Assembly: GCA_000165425.1 (NCBI GenBank)
Contig: CT868030.1
Span: forward strand, 1 to 64,000
Direction: 5' to 3'
Length of the DNA stretch: 64,000 bases
Source of the DNA: Paramecium tetraurelia
Lineage: Eukaryota
Shown here: positions 54,584 to 64,000 of the stretch, in pieces
Numbering within the stretch: the stretch's first letter is position 1
Layout: each line of letters starts with the position of its first letter
Program-made: the position numbers and the translations under genes
The notes under the pieces: model-generated
What the model was told of the DNA's origin: nothing
The model's database searches: none
What the model saw: the letters and a program-made list of their open reading frames with translations, nothing else

Positions 54584-55612
54584 ATGTAAATTCTTAAACC
54601 AACAATAATCAAATCAAATTGTCACAAAATTCATATGAATTTAGGATTGGAATCGTACTTATTCTCCAACTCCTTTATTTAGTCTCCGATTCTGTATTTA
54701 TGGTAGAACGACAAAACCATAGTGATTGGCAGACATCAGAATCCCTGGAAAGAATGCAATTTATAGTTAATGTAAAAAAACTCTGTTTGGTTGTAAAGAA
54801 GATCAAGTGGAGGTGGAGCTGTATATTAAGACTTAGGAAATCATTGTTTTACTTTTTTAAACACTTTTACTAATGAGGATCCAAAAACTATTAACAATGA
54901 CATCCTCATAAATGCATTACTAAATTTAGGCATTGAAGCCTAGGCATCTGGAAGAAATGATATAGTGGTTGGAGAAAAGAAAGTTTCAGGATCTGCTTAT
55001 CAGCTGTCTTTAGGAACAAAGGTTAATCCAAATAAGATTGCATTACATCATGGAACTATGTTGATCGATGTTGATTAGAATGCCTTATCATAATACTTGA
55101 CACCTTCAAAGAAGAAATTGGAAAGCAAAGGAATCGATTCTGTTAAATCTAGAGTTACTAATCTGAAAGAAATAAATAGCACGATCACAGTTAAATAATA
55201 TGAAGATGAATTGATTAAAGAGTTTATCAAGAAATACAATGATGTTGAATTTAAGGAATTCAATTCTGATTAGCTGCTGAATATTGAAGAAGTCAAGAAA
55301 GAATCGGAAAGGCTCTCATCTTGGGAATGGCTATATCAATATACTCCTCAGTTCACAGTTAATTTAGAAGAGAAACTAAAATTTGGAATGTTTGATGTTT
55401 ATCTTTAAGTTGAATCAAGCATTATAAAGGACGGTAGAGTTTTTACTGATTGTCTTTATCCAGATTACGTTACTAAAATGAATTAAGTAATTCTTAACAA
55501 GAAATACGATTTTGATGGGATAAAACAAATATTTAATGAAATGAGAATAATATTCCCATAATAGAATGAACTATCATCAGAATTAGAAGAATGGTTATTG
55601 AAAGCAATATGA
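54584..55612 (+). CDS. lplA: Lipoate-protein ligase A (with C-terminal domain)
   Basis: [54 protein letters not shown] and WEWLYQYTPQF; intronless 342 aa. Confidence 0.93.
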
Positions 55613-55631
55613 TGTATTTATAAATTAAAAT

Positions 55632-57296
55632 TCAATGAGTTGATTCTTCTAGTTTTTCTAAAATAAATTATTTCTTTTTTAATCTTTCCTATGTTAGTTC
55701 CTATTCTGATTTTTGAGTGCTGCCTTTATCCTATAAAATCAATTATATATATACTAATTCTTTGAGATTTTCATCATACAATTCAGTTAATGAGGGTAAT
55801 ATATCATGGGGATTCTTTTTTTTAACTGATAAAATCTTTTCAATTCTTTCGTGATTGTCACCTTATACTTTATATGGCTCTGGTTTATAGTTGACAGGTA
55901 GATCCTAATTCAATCAACTTAATATTAATACAGCTCCATATTTTTTTTTAATGTAAAACTAGGTGTAATTTTATTTATGAATCAAGTGTTTAATTTCATG
56001 AGCAGCTCTATCATATTTAGTAACTACAGCTGGGGATCTTGGAGATGAACTCATGGATTCCTCATAAGTTGAAGTGTTTTATTATTATGGTTTAGGTGTC
56101 ATAGTTCTCTTTGTATCTCCAATGATAAAGTTTTGTATTCTGGCTCTCTCTTTCATTCTTTTAAGTTCTCCTTCCTATTCTCCTTTTCTAACAGCATTTT
56201 GAGTTGCAGATGATTGAATTCTCTCAATCTCATTACTATGCAAGCCTATTTACTTTAGTAAAACATTGTATTCCTTTTTGAGTTATATAATCAGTTTATG
56301 TTCTTACTCTTCCAATTTAGCTTTGAGTTGTTCCATCTGCTTTTAATGTTTACGTTATAACTCGTCTTTTTAACTTTCCACACGCTTTTCCTATTCTGAA
56401 GCCACTCTTTCTTATTCTTTTTTCTCCATATTTTTTAATTCTCTACGGAAATCCATTGCTTCTTCTACTCTCTCATCTAAAGAAACCAATTTCTCTTAAG
56501 TTTATAAATCTTTTAGTTTCCTCTTAGGCTTTACTTTCAAAAACTCTGTGTTTTTTGATAATTTATCTTCCAATTACCCCATTTCTTCTAGCTATTTCTA
56601 GATCTGGATTTATCTAATCAAAAGTATTATAGGTTTATATACATTCTTATTTTTTTCTGATTCTCGAACTACATGAAATAATTATAGTATTTCTCATAAA
56701 AATCATCCAATTTTTCGAGACCTATCTCTTTGTAGGTGGAAATCTCTGATTTATAGATCTTTTATCTTAGAATGTCCTAATATTCGCAAATGTTTTGTTC
56801 TAAAGTTCTAATGGCCTTCATCAATTATTTGAAGGGAACATATTATTATATTTATAACAATAGATTTGCAACTTATTGCATTTTTTCTTTTATGATGCTA
56901 AACACTAAAATTTACTCATCTTCATTTAGATACCTAAAAATAATCATGATCTAATTACCCATCATTGTCTTAATCAAACAAATCGAAGAAATCCTTTCCA
57001 TTAGAGATCTTTAACATCATTTATAAGTCTTCCTTGCAAGCATCAAAAACTGAAATTGCTGTCTTATATGGTATTTAAACTTATGTAAAATCGTTTCTCC
57101 TAAACTCCTTCCACAATTTAGCACATTTCTAAGGAGCTGCCATAAATATTTCCCCTAAACGATTATCGAAATCTATCTTACCTTCTGCTTATACCTATCT
57201 AATATACGTTTTTGGCAATGAGGATAGAGCCGAATAATTTGTTTATTAGATTAATTTCGATGCATAAAGGGATGACTTGGTTTCAGTCTAATACAT
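55632..57296 (-). CDS. EF-hand and coiled-coil protein
   Basis: FDLFDQDND^GYLNEDEQ EF-hand loop followed by a long coiled coil; about three tiny introns. Confidence 0.75.
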
Positions 57297-57439
57297 TGTA
57301 TATGAATTATGATTAATAATATTTAACAATAAGGTAAAGTCTGAATAATTGAAATCGTCCGATCAGACTAAGAATCTGGAATTAGACCTATCCAAAATGA
57401 TCAAGACTATAGTGTATATCATATTAATTATAAGTTTAT

Positions 57440-58333
57440 TCAAGAAAATCTGAACCCATTGCATATTAAAGATTGGTTAGTCTGATTTGTTTGATTGGTT
57501 CTATACTCAACCTAATCATCCCACGTCGATCTTTATTCACAATATGTATTCTCATTTATGGAAATTGAATGGTTCCGAGATCGCTAAACATAAATTGCAT
57601 TATTTACATTTTTTATTTTTTAAATTGATTAACGTATAAAAGAGCTCTCTTATTCGGTTGTTGTTGTCAATTTCTTCTTCGTATTATATAATTTACTTTG
57701 TATGTCTTTCATTTGTCGTTATAAGTTAGGATTGATTTTATTTAAGAAACTCGCAATGTCATTCTAGTCTTGATTTGTGCAAGTAGACTCATCAAATTTA
57801 TTGTTCGAAATTTGCTATGATTATTGATTCACTCTAATCCTAGTTGTAGGATGCGATGGACTTTAATTTCTCTTTTGGTGCTGCAGAGATTTATCAATAT
57901 CTTACTATTAATTTACCTAATATTCAATGATATTTTGATAATTAATGTTTTCTTTATTGCAAGATAGATATTCTAATTCTACTATCCTTTTTTACAGTTT
58001 TTCAATCTCTTTCTCATTGCTTTTTTAAATTAATTTAATTTGATTCTCTTTTTCAGCTAATTTAGTTTCTAACAATTTTATTTCTATTTATTAGGCATTT
58101 ATAATATCTTATTATTTTTCTATCTCATTCTAATCATACGACTTCTAAAACTTCTGAACAACATTCTCATTCTATTGTGAGTTCAATGTATTTATAAAGA
58201 TTTCGTTCATCTTTCTTAAGTTTTCTTCTCTTTCTTTGGCTTCCTATATATACATCTCCTAAATTTGAATTTTCTATTGCAAAATGGCTTTTTCATTTTT
58301 CCATTCTAGAAACTATATTCTTTCATCATTCAT
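57440..58333 (-). CDS. Coiled-coil hypothetical protein
   Basis: Open 297-aa frame MNDERIQFLEWKNEKAILQQKIQ...ICNGFRFS*; the start could lie further upstream. Confidence 0.7.
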
Positions 58334-58534
58334 TTCTTTTTAATTTTGAATATTATTTTTAATTTATTTTTTACTGTTATATTTATTTAACTTAAATCTA
58401 CTTTTTGTACGGAACTCTCTAAAATCGTACAATTAACTGAAAAGTAATAAAAGATACATAATTACTCTATATTTTTATTGGAATGCTCTTAATTATTTAA
58501 TATTAGAAATTATAATAATCAATTAATTGCAAAA

Positions 58535-59684
58535 ATGAGTGATCAATTTCTCAATTGTAGATTGTGCTCAATAGAATTTGACTAGGTCATCCATTTACCA
58601 AGACTGTTAAATGATTGCGGACACACGGTCTGCGAAAAGTGCATAAAATAATAAGAAGGGCATTTCAGGTGTCCTGCAGATGAGTAATGTTCATTTTTAC
58701 CATTCCAGAACACTTTATGAATATTCGATCGACGGTTTTCCAATCAATACAACTTTATTTAAATTGATCTAATTAAAATAAAAACCAAAATTGAATGATC
58801 TTTTTGAAACTCCATAGCTGAGTCTATGCAATGATAATTCCTCTTCCGATTCTACAATTTCTAAAAACAAATTTTAAGATTCTTAAATAACTCCCATCTC
58901 CTTGTAAAATACTATTTCCGATTGCTAAAAACAAAGAGATGAATTAATACAGAGAATAGAAAACAAGTTCAATGATCTCATAACAAGATTGGAAATCAGA
59001 AAAATGGAGCTATTCAGTCAAATAGACATGAAATATGAATAATCACCATTTTGTGTTTTACAAGTTGACTTTTAATTTTAAATGGATGTGTTGATCCCAA
59101 GATATGGTATCTTGAGAGAAGAATTATACAGCGATATTCAACTAAACAATCCTTAATCGAAGGAATAGTTTCTAACTTTTTCTAATAAAGATTCTGTTGA
59201 AACAAATAGATAGAGATCTCCACCAAAAAAGATATTTGAGGAATTGAAATAAATTTATATTCGTCCAGCATTGTCATAAGAAAAAATGAATGAATTAAAG
59301 AAAATTATCAAATAAATGAATAGGTCATAAAACCTTGATGTAATTAACTTAAAATCTAGAAGCCTAACAGATGATGACATCAAAGTGTTGTCTGAAGCAT
59401 TGTCAACAACTATCTCAAATATAAGAGTGATAGTGTTATCAAAAAATTAAATTACTGATTTAGGGTTTAAATATCTAATAGATGCACTCTGGACAAATAA
59501 AACTATCAAAACTTTAAGAATTAAAAACAATAAACTCACTAATGAGTCTTTGAGATATTTAATCCAAATTTATGAAGATCAGAAATATAACTCTTTATAA
59601 CAGATCTATATGTAAGGTAATCAAATTACCAATGATGAACAAGTTCAAATTCTGACTAAATTGGGTATATTAATATATAAATGA
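58535..59684 (+). CDS. RING-HC finger + coiled coil + RNI-like LRR protein
   Basis: CRLCSIEFDQVIHLPRLLNDCGHTVCEKC...CPAD; LRRs LSKNQITDLGFKYL, IKNNKLTNESL and MQGNQIT; one 25-nt intron. Confidence 0.85.
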
Positions 59685-59759
59685 TGATATAAAAGTATTA
59701 ATTTGTCTAAATTTTAATAAAGAATTACTTATTATTAAGATTATTAATTTCACTCTTGC

Positions 59760-60064
59760 ATGGGAAAACTACACGGAACATTAGCAAAAGCTGGTAAAGT
59801 GAGAAAATAGACTCCAAAAATTGAAAAATAAGTCAGAAGACACAAGATTCCAAAAGGTAGAGCCTACAAAAGAATTTGCTTTAATAGAAGGTTAGATAAC
59901 TACCTATAATATTCATTAGATTTGGTTCAGCAGCATCCACATAAGGACCATAACAAAAGAGAAAGGGTCCAAATTGGCATGCTGGAAGAAAGGATCTAAT
60001 TGAAGAGGAAAGAAAGAAGTAAGTTGAACAAAGAAGACAACGAAAGAAATAGGATGCAAAATGA
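59760..60064 (+). CDS. RPS30: 40S ribosomal protein S30 (eS30)
   Basis: MGKLHGTLAKAGKVRKQTPKIEKQ...PKGRAYKRICFNRRF...KGPN; one intron at ~59891-59919. Confidence 0.97.
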
Positions 60065-60330
60065 TGATTTTAACATCCTCAACATATAAAAATATTCAGA
60101 CTAATATCCCTATTATTTATTAAAGAATATATATAATAAATTCTAACGAATAACGTATTTTTTAATCATATCAATTTTATATTGTTAAGTTATAGATTTG
60201 TCATTCATTGAAATAAATGAGATTAGTTATTGAAATATCATGATTATATTGGTGACATTATTAAAAAATTTAAATTCTAAAGAAAATTGAATATGCATAT
60301 TTTATGAATATATTGTTATCTATATAGAAC

Positions 60331-61049
60331 TCATTTCATAAGATCGATGTACTCTTATCTTAAGTTCTCTCCGAATTTTTATGTAAATCCAAACACTGGT
60401 TGATGAACTTAATTAACTTCAGGAATTGAAAGCATATGTTTCAAGTATTGATGAAGATGTGGATGAGGAGCAAGATCAATATTCAACATAAATAATGTGA
60501 CCAACTCACAGACGGCACTAAGGCATTTATTTTGAATATTTACCTTAAATCAGCTATGGTTGGTTCATCAAATCCCAAGATATGTTTATGCTTTCCATTT
60601 CCCAAGAAGATTTCTTCAAAGGTCGTTAGATACCATTCTAATTCTTTAAATCTTTCGTCTTTATTTTCTGGAGCTGGTTTTCCAAGGAATTTAGGATAGA
60701 ATACAAAATCTCTTGCTACCAATGTAATATTTCTTGTTCCTGTGTGATGCCAATCAAGATATTAATCAAGTCTGGCTTGTTCAACAATATCAGATGGATA
60801 TAATTTTTCAAGCTTGAATTTCTTAGCCAAATATTTCAAGATTGTATGCGATTCAAACAAGGCGATATCTCCATCAACGATTGAGGGCACATTACCACTT
60901 GGGGATATCTTTTTGTATTCTGGTGTGTTTTGCTCTTATTTCATAAAATCAATATTATGTAAATCGTGTGGGATTTTACCAATTACCAATATTGCATGGA
61001 CGGCTCTTGCAGGTTGGGAGAGGGGATTAAAATATAATTAAATTGACAT
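60331..61049 (-). CDS. Glutathione S-transferase, theta class
   Basis: YFNPLSQPARAV, ISPSGNVPSIVDGDIALFESHTILKYL, ARLDQYLDWHH and PTIADL; one intron near 60520-60543. Confidence 0.95.
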
Positions 61050-61561
61050 TAATAATTAATTAATTATTTGACAATTATTTCAGATTAAAAATGTGTTGGA
61101 ATTTCTCTTATTCCCACGTAGAGATATATTATAAAATTTAATTAAATGTTACATAATAAATATTAATTATTTTATTGCTTCCTTAAACATATCTTAATTA
61201 TTAGTCATGTATATCAAATCTAGGACAATATTCTCAAATTTAATCAGGTTTAGTATTGGAAGAAATTTCATACAATTATATTTTTAACAATACTTGTTAA
61301 AGAAAAATTTTTATATTAAAATCAAAAAAAATATTCTTTCTCATTAGATAATTATTTGGCTAAAATTTTAATGATTTAAATCTAGTATAAACTTAAATCA
61401 ATTATTATTCCTTAAATCTACAGATATTATTCAACTCACTCTAAGAAACTACAGTATTTAAAATAGGCATTGTATATTAATTTAATAAGAATTACAATTT
61501 TAGTTAATCATTTTATTGTGTAAACTTACTTTTTGACTTTTACAACAAGGGGAATGTATAT

Positions 61562-63321
61562 ATGCCTTAATAAATGAGTAAGATAAAGGATTATGATTTA
61601 TTTGGATTTAACACCTGTTTATAATAAAATGCTGAGGGTTTTCAATTTTAGAATAATTAAATTATCATTTTAATGATAAATATAAAATGGGAATATATAT
61701 AATCATTTGATATAAAAAGGGTCACTTTTGAGGAACTTTAATTTCAAATGAACAACATCTATTAAGCCTAATTAACGGAAAGTAATCGCAAAAATTATCT
61801 AAAGTTGGTTAACCTGTTGTAAATGATTATTTTTTATAATGAGTATTGCAATTTTAAGATTAAAGAAACTTCATCTTAATTAGATTTGGATATCGAAAAA
61901 ATTGATTAAGAAATTCAGCAAAAAGAAGAGAGATTATTAAAGAGCAAAAGACGCTACCAAAAATGCAAAATCTACAAAGAGGAATTAAAAAAGCAATTAA
62001 AATTGAAACCATAAAAAGTTTATGGATGTTTGCATTGTAGTCTCGAATTCAGCAACACCATTCTTTTGGATAGACACATGGAGATCCACAAAGAGCCACC
62101 TAACATAACTCCACAAATAATAGCAATTCAGAAGGAATTACAATAATAATTAATGTACATGTACTAAGCAAAACAACAAAGAAAACAATTGGAATTATAG
62201 AAGGAGGACTTAAAATGTGGGATGTTGGCAGCTGCAGGTATTTATAAATTATCATTTTAGAAAGAAATTAAGAACTTGTGTCAAATGAAAAAATGCGGTA
62301 GATTGAGAAGGTTTATATTGAAAAAGTAAATAAATTGGAGACACTATTGAATTAATTAAATTCATAGACTGAAAAAGAATAATATGCAAGTGAATGGTTG
62401 GATAATCTTGAAGAAGGAATTAATGAATAATTAAATTTGAAGAGCGAATAGGAAAAATTATTAAAAACATAAATTGAGGCTTAACAAGCATAATCCAAAG
62501 TGTTCAAAAGTTAAAGATCATTGTAAACATCTAAAAAAGATCTCAGAATCCCAAGCAATACAAGTTTTAAACCCTAATCTTAACTTTATATCTAATCTTA
62601 GGTTCGTGGATCAAATCATTAATTTCGTAGATCCAATGGTGGAATTGAATATGCTTCTGATGACTCCCCAAGAGAGGAAATAATATTAGAAGAGGATGAT
62701 TAAGTCAGAGAAAATTTTGGTCACACAAAGAACTTCTCTAGTGCTACTTCAAAGTTGAAGGGGATGCATTCTAAAAATCCATCTGGGGTTTCCTTTTAAG
62801 AAAGTAATTTAAGAGGTTTAACTAAATTTGAATAATACGAATATAGATATTAAGAGTTTAATAGTTTAGTAACTGAAATGCTGCTGAATAGATACTATTT
62901 AAGAAGAACTTAATTTGATCCACAAGTGATTGAAAAGGAAAGGCTAAAGTTATTGGATTAATTTGAGGACTTGGATGAAGTAGATGATTTGGAAGATCTA
63001 TTAAAATAAATGTAAAAATAGACGAAAGGATTTGAGAAGAGAAAGAGATATTAAATAAAAAAGAAGAAGCTACGCCTATAAGATTAGGCAGAGAATGAAG
63101 ATAAGGAGCATACTATTACTACTTTGGAATCCAGCAGTGAAAATTAGGAAAGCTAGGAGGAAAAGGATGAGGAAATTGAGCTAAGGACTAATTAATAGTT
63201 TGAGCTAAGGAAGTTCCCATTTAAAATAGCAGGAGGAGATTAAGAACAAGGGAATTAATATTAGCAATACTAAGAGCCTGGACAGGGATATGGAGTAAAT
63301 ACTTTTAGTATAAATTATTGA
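61562..63321 (+). CDS. DZIP1/DZIP1L (Iguana)-like basal-body C2H2 zinc-finger coiled-coil protein
   Basis: GFQF...IKWEYIQSFDIKRV...ELQFQMNNI...YLKLVNLLQMIIFY resembles the Dzip-like N domain; then coiled coil, CLHCSLEFSNTILLDRHMEIH and long coiled/acidic tail. Confidence 0.65.
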
Positions 63322-63789
63322 ATAAATAATTAGCAAAATATACATTAAAATCAAAAATAATATTCTTCTCTTTTTATTATCTTTTTTTAAAGAACTTTTT
63401 TGTTTTTATATATATTGAAATCAAAAATTTAATTCTTTGAAATTATTCACCCAATGGTTTGTAAATTATTCTAATCGGATTTAACTTGATTCTGCTTATT
63501 TTATCCTATTCTCTTAAATATTAGTAAATCGAAATTATGATTAAATACAAAAGATGTAAAAAATATACCGAATGAAATTGGATATATCTATAAGATAGGA
63601 TGATTCGTATCGATTTTGTTTGGTTCATTATTTTCTGGTTGATAATCATAAGATAGGATCTTAAAAAATATTTGTTTTGAAAATTGGCATTGAGAGGTTG
63701 TCAAATATTTCACAATTTTGAGAAAATTCAAGAAATTTGCCTTAATTAACATTAAAATTGACTGAGAGCGAAAATATTAAATAATAAAT

Positions 63790-64000
63790 ATGAAAATTTT
63801 AAAGACTATTTTTATATTAAAATCAGATAAAATATTCTATCTCTCCCAATTACAGTATTACATAATTTTTCTATCAGTAATCATAATGTATGGGAATTGT
63901 TTAGTTTGTGAATGTAATTATTTTATTAACTAAAAGGGAAAAAATTGTTCTAATTCTAGATCCTCCACTATAAGTATTGTGATAAAATCATTAATACAAT
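63790..64000 (+). other. Possible start or remnant of a cysteine-rich protein running off the window
   Basis: GNCLVCECNYFINQKGKNC-like stretch; frame and start are not resolved. Confidence 0.25.

Noticed and set aside
54584..55612. Recent bacterial transfer or contamination for the intronless LplA
   Set aside because: It uses TAA/TAG as Gln throughout, has host-like composition and is tightly flanked by intron-containing genes.
10700..63400. Retained germline IESs (TA-bounded inserts) or transposon ORFs
   Set aside because: The genes I traced close their frames using GT..AG micro-introns alone, and no transposase or reverse-transcriptase motifs were recognised. The largest genes were not traced base by base.
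1..64000. CRISPR arrays, tRNA/rRNA genes and prokaryotic operons or defence systems
   Set aside because: The sequence is ciliate nuclear DNA; no repeat-spacer arrays, tRNA cloverleaf motifs or rRNA-like segments were seen.

Overview
Very AT-rich eukaryotic DNA from a ciliate, almost certainly Paramecium (aurelia-type macronuclear sequence). Genes read only with the ciliate code (TAA/TAG = Gln, TGA the sole stop) and contain 20-29 nt GT..AG introns, so the supplied ORF track is largely fragmentary or antisense. Positions ~1-10.3 kb are a gene desert of decayed cysteine-rich surface-protein fragments, resembling a chromosome-end region. From ~10.7 kb to the end there are about 30 tightly packed genes: BI-1/TMBIM, a vWA protein, a MORN-like repeat protein, a ULK-like kinase, an otubain-like protein, DJ-1, SAP30BP-like, peroxisomal-type citrate synthase, C9orf78-like, DnaJ, a CNBD K+ channel, an RCC1 protein, a RING-H2 ligase, ubiquilin, a J-like protein, a TPR protein, ABCA, a PAS/TmcB-like membrane protein, LplA, an EF-hand coiled coil, RING-LRR, RPS30, GST-theta and DZIP1-like. 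The most notable observations are a circularly permuted vWA/MIDAS domain with a CaaX tail, a head-to-head pseudokinase and membrane-anchored pseudo-deubiquitinase, a PTS2-bearing citrate synthase with bZIP-type sites in a 67-bp promoter, and three divergent gene pairs spaced 65-67 bp apart. All calls come from manual translation and motif recall; no database searches were run, and coordinates of spliced genes may be off by a few bases.
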